A stretch of 64,000 bases of DNA from NCBI GenBank assembly GCA_963664875.1, contig OY761611.1, forward strand, positions 1,024,001 through 1,088,000, given 5' to 3'. The DNA comes from Candidatus Kapaibacterium sp. (GTDB lineage Bacteria > Bacteroidota > Ignavibacteria > Kapaibacteriales > UBA2268). Below, piece by piece: positions 40,201 through 49,502 of this stretch. The notes under the pieces were generated by a model. That model saw nothing but the letters and a program-made list of their open reading frames with translations, ran no database searches and had not been told where the DNA came from. Every line of letters begins with the position of its first letter. The first letter of the stretch is position 1. Made by a program: the position numbers and the translations under genes.

Positions 40201-42868
40201 TCCTCTCAGCCAAGGATATATCCCGGTTCGTTTTCAGACTAATTTTATTGGTGACCCATTAGTAGATATGAGAATCGAAAAAAATCCGGATCCATATTTA
40301 AGCAAAAACTTTACATCACTTACAAATGAACAAGGCTCAAAAGAATTTACTGATGAAAACGAGACAATTAAAATTAACGGAACTATATATAACGCAGGTA
40401 CTTCGTACACTGATTCAGTAAAGTTACGTCTGAGCTATACCTTTGAAGGCACGGAAACAACTCAGGATATTCAGTACCTTTATTTATTCAATTCCACTGA
40501 CTTTAGTTTTGTAATTCCTATCAAAGGAAAACCCGGTAAATTTAATATTAAAATAGAAATAGATCCTGAAGGCAAAATTCAAAATGACGATTTGAGCAAC
40601 AATGTCCTGCTCTATGATGTAGATGTGTACAAACGAGGTTTACTTCCTTTAGAGCCTCTCTCCTATTGGAATATCAATGGACAAAATCCTACTTTCAGAT
40701 TTATCAATCCTCTAACAGGTAGTTTTTCTTATCGTTTTATGATTACAGAAAACAAAGGTGATACTCTGTCGCCGCTATTTGTTTCGCAGGATTCGGAGAT
40801 TGACCTTCGGGAAAACTTTATCCTTTGGAACTCAACTGCCTCTCTTTCATTGGGCAAAAACTACTGGATTGCTGCTAAGCCGATTGACGCTGATATTACA
40901 AAACCATACACAGATTGGCTTTGGATACCGGTGCATGTCGAATCAGTCGAACCAAATCTGGCTTCTTACAAAAAGTCTAACAATTATTTAGAAGCTCACA
41001 ATTTCACAAATGTAGAAATAAAAGACTCAGACGGCATGCAACGCATTGCACTTAATGACGTTGCTTCGGAATTTTACCTCGTATCTATCAAAGGTTACAA
41101 TCTCGATGGTGTAAATACCAGATGGGCAACTGTAACTGTTGATAACCAAACCTACGTTGATATTTGGAGTGCCCGTGGTTTTAATGTTGTTACTTATCCA
41201 AAGTATATTGGCGGAGGTTCGCCTCGATATAAAAGATTTGACTGTTACAGACCCGATCCGAGCACAGATGAAAATCTCGACAATGTATATGCTTTACACC
41301 ATTTTCTTCGTGATTCTGTAAGTGCTGACGAATACCTCGCACTTGCAACTTGCGATAACTCATTAGCGTGGCAGGAACAAATTCAGCAAAAAACTCCATC
41401 CGATTTCGGTAGTCTCGACACTTTAAAAAATCTATTGAAAATGTATGGTGCTACTCGCATTGACTCTATCAATTCTCAGGTTTCTTATGCACTGTTTTCT
41501 TGGAAAGGAGCTAGCCCGGAAGAAGCAACTGAAGCAATCAATATGCTTAAAGATTCGGCTAAAGTGGAAGGGCAAATGACACTTTACAGAAACGAAGGTG
41601 TATTCTCTTCTGAAAAAATAGGTCCTGCTCAGAAGTGGAATTATATTCAAGTTGATGGAAATGATATCGAAAATTCTACACTTAGTGTTTCTATTTACGA
41701 TACTTTAAGTGTTGAAACCGTTTTTGGCGAATTTGAAATTGGAAAACAAATTGATTTGTCTGCCATAGATGCAAGTCTTTATCCGTATTTATCTTATAAA
41801 GTAAATTTGAAAAGGAATTCGACCACCCAAACACCTTCGATATCTTCTGTTGCTATCAGGTACAACCCTTCTCCGGAAATGGCAATAAAGAAATCTACTT
41901 TTGAGCTTGCAGAAAAAGAAATAATGCGTGGGGAAACAAACAGAGCTTATGTTGAAGCTGAAAATATTTCAGGCAGATCTACTATGACAAAATCGGACGT
42001 TCAGATAGATATTTTCAAAAATCAATCTCTATCTGAAAGTACCATTTACGAAATAGCTCAAATGCCTGTGGACGCCGGCACAGAAATAGAAAAGATTTTT
42101 GATACTGCAGGCTTATCAGAATCCAATCATATTGAAATTGAAATTAACCCGTATAAAAGGCATTTTAGCGAGCTTTATTCCGGCAATAATTCTATTTCGG
42201 AAGAATTTGTGCTTACTGAAGATACTATCCGACCGACTGCTGTAATCCTTGCTGATGATAATATCATCCAAAACGGCAGCTATATCTCAAACAACCCTCT
42301 TTTCGAACTAAGAGTCTTTGACAATTCACCTTTGGAATTTTCTGAAGGATTAGAGCAGGCTATTAGGCTAAACGGCAAATACTACACAGAGGACAACGCT
42401 GCTTTTTACGATTTGCAACTAATTGAAAACTCCGAAGAAAATCTGAAAGCAGTATTACAGGTTAAAACTGACACAATCAAATACGAAGAGTCTCTTTTAA
42501 TAGGTTATATAATGGATGCAACCGGAAATAGAGACACCATTGAATATTACCTCAATACAACTACAAAATCGCAGATTAACGAAGTTAAAGCTTCACCAAA
42601 TCCGTTTACCGACAAAACAAATATAGAGTTTACACTACTTTCAGCAAGCTCAGAAGGTAATGTAGAAATAGCTGTTTTCAGTGCAGAGGGGTCTTTGGTG
42701 AAAAGACTTGTTTTGGAAAACCTCAAAGTAGGCAAAAACAGTATCGAATGGGATGGCAATGATGAAAACGGGATCAAAGTACCCGTAGGTGCCTATTATT
42801 TCAGTGTCATAAGGAATTCCGGCATATTCACAGAGGAATCTTACGGTAAGCTGATAATGATAAAATAG
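37256..42868 (+). CDS. Large C25 (gingipain/PorU-like) cysteine peptidase with CARDB-like, ILEI-like and C-terminal FlgD/T9SS sorting domains
   Basis: IIGDAS, GRIPV, FFGHGS (catalytic His), TLACNAG (catalytic Cys), FIGDP, SPNPF...WDGND...GAYY. Confidence 0.85.
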   Translation: MRYFLPLIMLGLFCLDLNAKDTYTFKLANDFDPAVEQFINNSHIFAAPDFDSFKIKVEKLSYKKADGINSNYNNLTHLWASNPLPSINYQGKKRHLDLVRIDFPVFKHSPQADSVLVECIYSVDYGTTIPKVITKIDKFQIAAFAEVQNTDKLPALFSLKKSNSKDRLLADKNWIDNNLDYLKLTTKEDGIAAVPTDRILEIYPSWEGLPVSNIQLLHNSEKYPVFFSSNYLQSDGMIYFKAKRASGDTTHYDNYAGEEPFFLVRNNNDMPLSINNLGQSSNPTATINKVNINQHIEKESEYSFGDTVYSHYTLPFEGWYWDIFDKFEKPGSIATKRFYYNHVITPADEPLSIRLKYNTQLNYDASRSDFGIAMRLNGEVHDSVYIKALGEGFFENNPSDQLYPGGLTFDIRSHGYKDDIGRVGVDYIEIAGNVIPFAHNGSAEFSIPKQSSDFKVVIPGFSGSSIVAYDTLNNAIAFLEATPGTSFRINAKNEDVSHTSIVINDSIYSSDLAGLHIASLDSKGLWKTEYFAANNDAAANALQALSGRGFAITINQFPISDKIRTALNNLGAKNLPNGNMDVYCLYGAANQIKEKLGTNNLGVVEFIDHSAGLSYKAELKLKANTNYHFVVVDNKHIDNTNLYMVEKPDLLAQDKEYKAIVLTHTELIPSAIAYKNYREAQNIDVKIVDVNNIYNFYNYGKKSPYAIKEYLADIYNTWNTPIPTHVVIIGDASWDNRNVMGFDKTFDFVPAYGWPVTDYWYVTLDSPADQLGDFSIGRIPVNNNQEMIDYIDKIRAYETATKSPWMKRFMHLSGGGDAAEIKKIYDKSKIHGMLLNQQPLNADTVHIVKPVGDVVSEAVASKIKNEINNGVNFITFFGHGSPEVFDIEGWQVEKLNNQDRYFGLLTLACNAGAFAEPFFKKCRNESYVVAANKGAIMAVGGTGVENIAHVDTWAQFYWEGAIRKDLNIRNYGELVTYTKSAIPLSQGYIPVRFQTNFIGDPLVDMRIEKNPDPYLSKNFTSLTNEQGSKEFTDENETIKINGTIYNAGTSYTDSVKLRLSYTFEGTETTQDIQYLYLFNSTDFSFVIPIKGKPGKFNIKIEIDPEGKIQNDDLSNNVLLYDVDVYKRGLLPLEPLSYWNINGQNPTFRFINPLTGSFSYRFMITENKGDTLSPLFVSQDSEIDLRENFILWNSTASLSLGKNYWIAAKPIDADITKPYTDWLWIPVHVESVEPNLASYKKSNNYLEAHNFTNVEIKDSDGMQRIALNDVASEFYLVSIKGYNLDGVNTRWATVTVDNQTYVDIWSARGFNVVTYPKYIGGGSPRYKRFDCYRPDPSTDENLDNVYALHHFLRDSVSADEYLALATCDNSLAWQEQIQQKTPSDFGSLDTLKNLLKMYGATRIDSINSQVSYALFSWKGASPEEATEAINMLKDSAKVEGQMTLYRNEGVFSSEKIGPAQKWNYIQVDGNDIENSTLSVSIYDTLSVETVFGEFEIGKQIDLSAIDASLYPYLSYKVNLKRNSTTQTPSISSVAIRYNPSPEMAIKKSTFELAEKEIMRGETNRAYVEAENISGRSTMTKSDVQIDIFKNQSLSESTIYEIAQMPVDAGTEIEKIFDTAGLSESNHIEIEINPYKRHFSELYSGNNSISEEFVLTEDTIRPTAVILADDNIIQNGSYISNNPLFELRVFDNSPLEFSEGLEQAIRLNGKYYTEDNAAFYDLQLIENSEENLKAVLQVKTDTIKYEESLLIGYIMDATGNRDTIEYYLNTTTKSQINEVKASPNPFTDKTNIEFTLLSASSEGNVEIAVFSAEGSLVKRLVLENLKVGKNSIEWDGNDENGIKVPVGAYYFSVIRNSGIFTEESYGKLIMIK

Positions 42869-42887
42869 AATCTACCAACTCTATTAC

Positions 42888-42932
42888 AAAGGATGTGATT
42901 TTTAATCGAATTAGACAAAAATCACATCCTTT
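42888..42932. terminator. Bidirectional terminator (16-bp inverted repeat)
   Basis: AAAGGATGTGATTTTT ... AAAAATCACATCCTTT. Confidence 0.75.
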
Positions 42933-42959
42933 AATTTTTATGTAAACATCATCTAGTTA

Positions 42960-43079
42960 CTATTCTACTTTTCGCACGCCGTGGTCGCCAAGGTAGCTTT
43001 CTCTGTCAAGTTCCTTGCCGATGTAGGCGGTGCGCTGGTCGTCACAATTTTGTTCTTCAGAATCTATCTTTCTTAACAT
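42960..43079 (-). pseudogene. RHS repeat-associated core fragment (39 aa, not in the ORF track)
   Basis: Manual translation MLRKIDSEEQNCDDQRTAYIGKELDRESYLGDHGVRKVE*; matches the RHS core R.Y.GKE.D.E..L...G.R. Confidence 0.7.
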
Positions 43080-43094
43080 CACTAAAGCTGCTAT

Positions 43095-43610
43095 TTATTC
43101 AAGATCCAACTTTATCATGTAATTTATTTTATATGGCACAACATCACCTTCCAACGTGATGACTATTTGAATGAAGTGATTGTGTCCGGATTTTTGATAT
43201 AATGACTTGTCTTTTGGATTTATAACTATATCACAACTATCACAATTTATTCTTTTGTAGACTGTGTTGTATTTCCAATTCCCTATATATTCTTGCAGTT
43301 TTGATTTAAGAAATTGGTAATCTTTATGAGCCAGATCATTTTCTTGATCTTCTCTTTCAAAACAAATATTACACTTTGCAACGTTCCCTAATGTATCCAC
43401 TTCAATATATACATAAGCCTCAACTCTTATTCCTAATACCGGTTCTGTCGAGTTTGGATAAAACGACACATTACGCACAAGTTCACTAGGCAAACTATCA
43501 TTTATGATCAAATTATCAGGTACCTTTCTATCCCAAATATTTTCATCCGACACTGATTTAGTTATTTGTAAAAACAAAAACAGTACAAGAAAAAAAATAA
43601 AATATCTCAT
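43095..43610 (-). CDS. Exported ORFan, TonB-C-like pattern; putative RHS immunity protein
   Basis: Signal peptide; VEAYVYIEVDTLGNV...helix...WKY; lies between RHS remnants. Confidence 0.55.
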   Translation of the reverse strand: MRYFIFFLVLFLFLQITKSVSDENIWDRKVPDNLIINDSLPSELVRNVSFYPNSTEPVLGIRVEAYVYIEVDTLGNVAKCNICFEREDQENDLAHKDYQFLKSKLQEYIGNWKYNTVYKRINCDSCDIVINPKDKSLYQKSGHNHFIQIVITLEGDVVPYKINYMIKLDLE

Positions 43611-43615
43611 ATCTA

Positions 43616-44155
43616 TCACCAAATATAATATGTCTCAAAAAACTGAATTTTACTTTTTTTTCGATCTGTATCTATCACCCAAAAAACTGTATGTATTTGT
43701 TTCCCAGAGTAGGGTAAGTGAATCTTACTCAGATTTCCGTTATTTACAGCTTTTTTATATCTGTAAAGATCTTTATCCATTGTACTGTCCGGTAAATCCC
43801 AATAAATAGTTTTGAGCTCAGCTGCAAGTAATGTATTAGATATTAGAACTTGCAAAGTATCAAATATCTGATGATTTTTGGGAATGTTGTTCATAAACCC
43901 ATATAATGGTTTGAACCTGTAAACTCTCTTATCTAGAGAGGTATCAACTAAAAGTGTAACTTTAATCCATATTTTATCTACTTCAAAGTCTTTTACAAAT
44001 TCATCATCTATAAAAGATACTTTTGGGATATCTATCTTTTTAAACAATGAATCCAAGACTTGATCTTGCCTGTATATCTGTATTGTATCTTCAGCATGCA
44101 AAAAACTAACAAATAGAATTGAGATTACACCTATCAATATTATTACATATTTCAT
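43616..44155 (-). CDS. Exported ORFan, paralogue of 43095-43610; putative RHS immunity protein
   Basis: Signal peptide; shares VDT, T-I/V-Y, DS, DK.LY and SG..H motifs with its neighbour. Confidence 0.55.
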   Translation of the reverse strand: MKYVIILIGVISILFVSFLHAEDTIQIYRQDQVLDSLFKKIDIPKVSFIDDEFVKDFEVDKIWIKVTLLVDTSLDKRVYRFKPLYGFMNNIPKNHQIFDTLQVLISNTLLAAELKTIYWDLPDSTMDKDLYRYKKAVNNGNLSKIHLPYSGKQIHTVFWVIDTDRKKSKIQFFETYYIW

Positions 44156-44233
44156 AAAAACCCTTTTATATCATACTAAGGATCAGCTATTTTAAAATCT
44201 ATTTGAAAACCGATTGTAGGGGAAATTCAAATC

Positions 44234-44446
44234 CTAAATCTCCAACCTGAGCTTATAATAATTGAAATGAGTCGAATGCAGTGACCTTAGATCTATCCTA
44301 GTAAACCTGCCCAGCCCGTAGTCCTCTTTGCGAACGACGTTGTCTCCACCTATGTCAGGAGCAAGCTTTCCAAATGGAAGATAATCAAAATTTTCGGTTT
44401 GTTTAAATACTATCTCAGATAAAAAGTAACTTCTTATATAATACAA
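44234..44446 (-). pseudogene. RHS repeat-associated core fragment with internal deletion
   Basis: FDYLPFG...GDNVVRKEDYGLGRFTRID matches the RHS core (Y.PFG; G.R.Y....GRF...D); the GKE.D segment is missing. Confidence 0.68.
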
Positions 44447-44476
44447 AATCCCTGATATGCAATATACCAGGGATTT
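44446..44476 (-). terminator. Intrinsic terminator after the BNR-repeat gene
   Basis: AAATCCCTG ... CAGGGATTT. Confidence 0.6.
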
Positions 44477-44531
44477 ACGTTAATTTTTAATCTGTCCTTA
44501 TTTTAAGACATAATCTTAGTCAAATGCGTTG

Positions 44532-47480
44532 CTACCTTGCAATTACAAACGAAACTGCCTGCATAGAACCATCAACTTCTGCTTTAAGCATATAGGCTCC
44601 ATTTGGCAAAGAACTTACATCAGCTGTAAATTTAGTCTCATTGTTGCCGGAAACATAAGTGCCTAAATTAAGAACTTGATTGCCCAACATATCATAAACA
44701 CCAAAGCGAACATCAGCATTTTCTTTAGTGCTATAACTGATAGTAATTTCATCAATAGTAGGATTTGGAGATAAAGACACAGAATTTTCTGTCAATATCT
44801 GAGTATCTACCGCAACCGGGAAATCACCAAAAGCTAAATCATCAATGTAGTATCCGTCATAAGCAGTTGATTGATTTGTATTATCCAAGTAAAACTTCAA
44901 GAATACGACATCACCTTCCTGGAAGAACTGTTTTAAATCATAAGACACGTCGAACCAATCGGAACTTGCAACGTCATTTTTAAATTTATCACTGGTTTCT
45001 ATGTTTGTCCAGCTCAAATGTTCCCAAGTACGACCGTTATCTTTGCTGGCTAAAACTTTCATATAATGGCGTTTGTTGATAAGCGAAATAAAGCTCCATT
45101 TTACAACTGCCGGATTTTGTGAAATCACTATAGGAGCAGTAATAAAGGAAGCGGTATTGTATGGGTCGTAATTACCGTCAGGTGAATCAGTAAAGGAATA
45201 TTCGCCGGAAGCAGCTTTTAGATTAGTTGTTCCCCAGGAACCTTCTTTGTATAAAGGAATAATTTCACCATCAAAGTTTTCTGTGAAAGAAACCATCGGT
45301 GCACCCGCATAAGTAAATAAAGGCTGAGAAACAGCACTTTCACCAATAGATTCGCCACGAGTAATGACGGATTTGATAGAAAGATTATAAAATTCGCCCA
45401 ATGTTACATTTTTGAGTACATAAGTAGTAAGCTCACCCGGAGTCAAGTTATCGCTAACGCTTGCAATTTTTACATCGTCGCTATAAATATCTAAAGAAAG
45501 AGTACCATTGATTTCTGTACCTTGGTATGTCTTAGCAGGATTTTTCCATTTTAGCTCTATACCTTCGGCTACTGGCTTAGCAGCCATAAATTCAGGATTA
45601 GCAGGAGTAACGGAACCACCAGCCTGAATAGTAACGCCAACTCCTTCGCTTGTAGCTTCTTCAGTAACGATTTTGATTTCGTAGCTGTAAGTTTCACCAT
45701 CTACAACGGTTTTATCTATATACTCAGTTGTTCCCTGTGCTAATTCTGCTAATTTTGTTCCGTCTCTAAATACGTGAATTGTATAATTGTCAATAGGTAA
45801 TTCGAACATATCTTTTGCAGGATTTTTCCAAGTAAGTTTTACGCTAATATCAGTTGATACTTGATTTTCAGCAGTCAAATCAGAAATTTTGTTAATACCG
45901 AGAGAAAGGTCTGCAGTAAACAAATCAACAGAATAAGCATTAGCATCAGCAGCTGTAGGCATCCAGAAACAAGGATGTATTTTGCCGTTATAGAATACCA
46001 ATGAGGTATAATCGCCCCAATAATAATTGCCGGTACCTTGTGGCACAACATCATTATTGTCTTTTAAATACCAGGTGTCAGTTAGCTGCAGGTGGATAAA
46101 GTTTACACCATCTTGAGACACAGCAATAAAAGCATCTACACCCTGATTTTTTTCAGGATCATTTTGAGAGCTATAGTACAAAATTGCTACATTGCCGGTA
46201 ATAGGATCAACAGAGATTGAAGGGAAAAATATATCATTACGAGCTTCATTTTCATCAATTCTATAAGATTTTACCCAATTTTCTCCACCATCAGTAGAAT
46301 ATGTCAAATAAAGCCCATTGTCACCTTGTTCTTTTTCTCTTCCTGATTGAACAACATACACCCAGCCTCTTCTTGGACTATTTGAACGATCAACATCAAG
46401 ATAAGGAACAGAAGAAACTCTCATATTTGCTTTATCCTGCAAAACATAGCGTCCACTTTCAGAATTGAGTGATCCGGTATTAAATACTGTTTGGGCAATG
46501 CGAGGGTTACTCCAAGTTTTACCGCCATTTGTACTTTTTGATATTAGGGCTTCTGTTTTTCTAAAACTCTGATTATAAACAACGTGTTGCCAAACGCAAT
46601 ATACTTCACCATCAGGCCCAACGGCAGGTACAGGAGACTGAATTCCACCGGCTCCCCAAAGCATCTCATATCCTGAAAACATATCATAGTAGTCAGCCTT
46701 AGCTATAACAGCTTGATTTGGAGAAGACATTCTAGCCCAAGAAACGTAAATTCTGTCTTTATAAGGTGAATTTTCCTGATAGTCTATAGTCATAGAAAAT
46801 CTGTCATTGAAAACACTGGCGTCATTTTGCCAAATAGGCATATCTTCCGCCCAGGTTTCTCCACCATCAGTAGATTTTGAAAGATAAAGACCGTTTTCGC
46901 CGTTTCCGTCAGGTCCGTCAGTCTGGGTAAATCCATAGAGATAATATGCTTCACCAAGTGAATTGAAAGAAATACCCGGATCGAATATTGTACCGGTACT
47001 TTTTATATCTATATACATACCATCAGCTTTTGGAGTAAGAGAGTGTTTCCAAGTCTTTCCACCATCTTTCGAATACCAAGCAGACATTCTGAAGCCTGAT
47101 GATTTACTCATGTAACGCATATCGTTTGCAGTGGCTATTAGATTTTTTGGATTGTTAGGATCTATTGTTATCCATGTTTCTGATTGATGCCCTGAAGCAC
47201 CCTGAGAAATATTTGTAAGTTCCACACCTGAACCACTTAGAATTTTATCAGGTCCCGGAGGCATTTTAAAAACTTCTGCAGGTATAGGCACCGGATAAAG
47301 AACCTGTCTGTTATCTATATATCGCTGAATGTCATCTTTTGTAAATTCTGCATCGAGATAGAACGGAATTCTATCATTAGCGTTGATTGGCTTAATCTTC
47401 TCAACAGTGAATTGTGCGTTGATTGTACCCGATAAAAGGAACATACCTAATGCAGCACCAAGTAAACCTTTGATTTTCAT
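44532..47480 (-). CDS. T9SS cargo: BNR/Asp-box (sialidase-like) beta-propeller with FN3-like domains and CTD
   Basis: Asp boxes SKDGGKTW, STDGGETW, STNGGKTW, STDGGENW; C-terminal SPNP...YDMLG...LPNGAY. Confidence 0.85.
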   Translation of the reverse strand: MKIKGLLGAALGMFLLSGTINAQFTVEKIKPINANDRIPFYLDAEFTKDDIQRYIDNRQVLYPVPIPAEVFKMPPGPDKILSGSGVELTNISQGASGHQSETWITIDPNNPKNLIATANDMRYMSKSSGFRMSAWYSKDGGKTWKHSLTPKADGMYIDIKSTGTIFDPGISFNSLGEAYYLYGFTQTDGPDGNGENGLYLSKSTDGGETWAEDMPIWQNDASVFNDRFSMTIDYQENSPYKDRIYVSWARMSSPNQAVIAKADYYDMFSGYEMLWGAGGIQSPVPAVGPDGEVYCVWQHVVYNQSFRKTEALISKSTNGGKTWSNPRIAQTVFNTGSLNSESGRYVLQDKANMRVSSVPYLDVDRSNSPRRGWVYVVQSGREKEQGDNGLYLTYSTDGGENWVKSYRIDENEARNDIFFPSISVDPITGNVAILYYSSQNDPEKNQGVDAFIAVSQDGVNFIHLQLTDTWYLKDNNDVVPQGTGNYYWGDYTSLVFYNGKIHPCFWMPTAADANAYSVDLFTADLSLGINKISDLTAENQVSTDISVKLTWKNPAKDMFELPIDNYTIHVFRDGTKLAELAQGTTEYIDKTVVDGETYSYEIKIVTEEATSEGVGVTIQAGGSVTPANPEFMAAKPVAEGIELKWKNPAKTYQGTEINGTLSLDIYSDDVKIASVSDNLTPGELTTYVLKNVTLGEFYNLSIKSVITRGESIGESAVSQPLFTYAGAPMVSFTENFDGEIIPLYKEGSWGTTNLKAASGEYSFTDSPDGNYDPYNTASFITAPIVISQNPAVVKWSFISLINKRHYMKVLASKDNGRTWEHLSWTNIETSDKFKNDVASSDWFDVSYDLKQFFQEGDVVFLKFYLDNTNQSTAYDGYYIDDLAFGDFPVAVDTQILTENSVSLSPNPTIDEITISYSTKENADVRFGVYDMLGNQVLNLGTYVSGNNETKFTADVSSLPNGAYMLKAEVDGSMQAVSFVIAR

Positions 47481-47680
47481 GATACTTTACCTATATATTT
47501 ATTTGAAATATTTATTACTCTAAGTCTCAGGGAAAAATTTACTACTCTTTAACAAGAACAATAATTTAGCAAAAAAATAGCAATTATAAAAACATGCCTA
47601 ACTAAATAAACCTCCACATTTGAAAAAGTTACATTAGCAAAGCATGTTTTCATTATATTTAACAGTAGTTTAATTCTATG

Positions 47681-48406
47681 TTACATCAGGGAGTATTTTG
47701 CCAAAAGTTTTACTAGTACGTCAAAATCTTTCGGATATTCTGCGTTAAGTTTTATCCTTTCTTCTGTTTTTGGGTGTGTAAATTCTACGGATAATGCGTG
47801 CATAGTTTGTCTTGTGATGATTGGTTGCTCTTCACTGCCTTTTTTCAGATTGAATTTACGTTTAATAAATGAAAGGTAGAACTCAGTAGCATCTCCATAA
47901 TCTTTGTCAACCAGCAAAGGATGTCCAACTGCAGATACATGTACTCTAAGTTGGTGAGATCTACCTGTCCTAAGATCACATTCCAAAAGTGTCGCATTTC
48001 TGTATCTTTCCAAAACATTGACCAAAGTTACAGATTCTTTACCTCTTGCGGAAGGCATAGATAGTCCCTTTTTGCTTGGATTTGCCAAAATCGGAATATC
48101 AATTAGCATTTGATCTTGTGGAAAGACTCCTTTTACAACGGCATGGTAAACCTTAGAAAGAGTATGCTGTTCAAACTGTGTATTCAAATGTTTATGACTT
48201 TCAGCATCCTTCGCAAACAGCAGTACCCCGCTGGTGCCTTTATCCAATCTGTGGAGCGTAAATATTTCGCCATATTTTCTCTCTAAATATTTCTGGATAC
48301 AAGGTGCGCTTCTGTCAAACCTATCCGGGATACTTAATAGTCCTGCCGGTTTGTTAACCGCAACTATATAGTCGTCCTCGAAAACTATTTCTATTTTATT
48401 GTCCAT
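47681..48406 (-). CDS. RluA-family pseudouridine synthase
   Basis: NKPAGL, HRLDKGTSG and TGRSHQLRVH motifs. Confidence 0.93.
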   Translation of the reverse strand: MDNKIEIVFEDDYIVAVNKPAGLLSIPDRFDRSAPCIQKYLERKYGEIFTLHRLDKGTSGVLLFAKDAESHKHLNTQFEQHTLSKVYHAVVKGVFPQDQMLIDIPILANPSKKGLSMPSARGKESVTLVNVLERYRNATLLECDLRTGRSHQLRVHVSAVGHPLLVDKDYGDATEFYLSFIKRKFNLKKGSEEQPIITRQTMHALSVEFTHPKTEERIKLNAEYPKDFDVLVKLLAKYSLM

Positions 48407-48542
48407 CTTGTTTAGTTCTTCCTGAGTGAGTGTCCTGTTTCAAATAATGCAATGTATTATTTCAAAATCTAAAAAACTCTTTTTGCCAAATTTAAAAGTA
48501 TTCAAACCTTTCTTTAGCTCATTTACAATTCGATACTAATAA

Positions 48543-48591
48543 AACAAAAGAGGCTGTCTCTATTTTATTGTAGAAAACAGTCTCTTTTGTT
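48543..48591 (-). terminator. Terminator after folD
   Basis: AACAAAAGAGGCTGT ... ACAGTCTCTTTTGTT. Confidence 0.6.
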
Positions 48592-48607
48592 GTATAACTA
48601 TTAACAA

Positions 48608-49492
48608 TTACATGCCAAGTTCGCCACTTGCTGACAAATAAGTATTATACATCAGCATAGCAATAGTCATTGGGCCTACTCCTCCCGGCACGGGAGTAAT
48701 AGCTGATGCTTTTTTGCCGGCTGATTCAAAGTGAACGTCTCCGACTACTTTGTATCCTTTTTCCAATGAGGAATCTTCTACTCTGTTTATACCTACATCA
48801 ATAATCACAGCACCGTCTTTGATGTCATTATCTTTTATCAATTCGGGTACTCCGACTGCAGCGATAAGGATATCTGCCTGTTTAGTATAGTAGGACAAAT
48901 CGCTTGCAGCAGAATGGCAAATTGTAACAATACCATTGGCAAAATCTTTTTTCTGATACATTAGATTAGCTATTGGTTTTCCGACTATATTAGATCTGCC
49001 AACGACTACAACATGCTTGCCTTTAGCATCTACGTCGCTTCTTTTCAGCAACTCCACAATTCCGCCAGGTGTGCATGAAACAAACCCAGGCATTCCAATT
49101 ACAAGACGTCCCATATTTTCAGGATGGAAACCATCGACGTCTTTTTTGGGTGAAATTGTATTTATAACTTTTTCTTCGTTAATATGTTTTGGAAGAGGAA
49201 GCTGAACGAGAATACCGTGAACATTGTCATCTTCATTCCATTGTTTTACCTGAGCGAGCACCTGCTCTTCAGTCGTTGAAGCATCACGAATTTCTACATA
49301 GGAGTTAAATCCTAGTGCTTCGCAGGCTTTTGCCTTACTTTTGACATAGATTGCAGATGCAGGATCATCACCAACCAATAATACTGCTAAGCCGGGTTTT
49401 ATTCCCTTTTCTTCTAAAAGCTTTGCTGTTTTGATTCTTACTTCTTCTTTAATTTCAGCAGAGATTTTTTTACCATCGATTATTTTAGTCAT
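48608..49492 (-). CDS. folD: Bifunctional methylenetetrahydrofolate dehydrogenase/cyclohydrolase
   Basis: IIDGK, KDVDGFHP, GRSNIVGKP and PVPGGVGPMT motifs; start at MTKIIDG. Confidence 0.96.
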   Translation of the reverse strand: MTKIIDGKKISAEIKEEVRIKTAKLLEEKGIKPGLAVLLVGDDPASAIYVKSKAKACEALGFNSYVEIRDASTTEEQVLAQVKQWNEDDNVHGILVQLPLPKHINEEKVINTISPKKDVDGFHPENMGRLVIGMPGFVSCTPGGIVELLKRSDVDAKGKHVVVVGRSNIVGKPIANLMYQKKDFANGIVTICHSAASDLSYYTKQADILIAAVGVPELIKDNDIKDGAVIIDVGINRVEDSSLEKGYKVVGDVHFESAGKKASAITPVPGGVGPMTIAMLMYNTYLSASGELGM

Positions 49493-49502
49493 GATGCACC
49501 AT

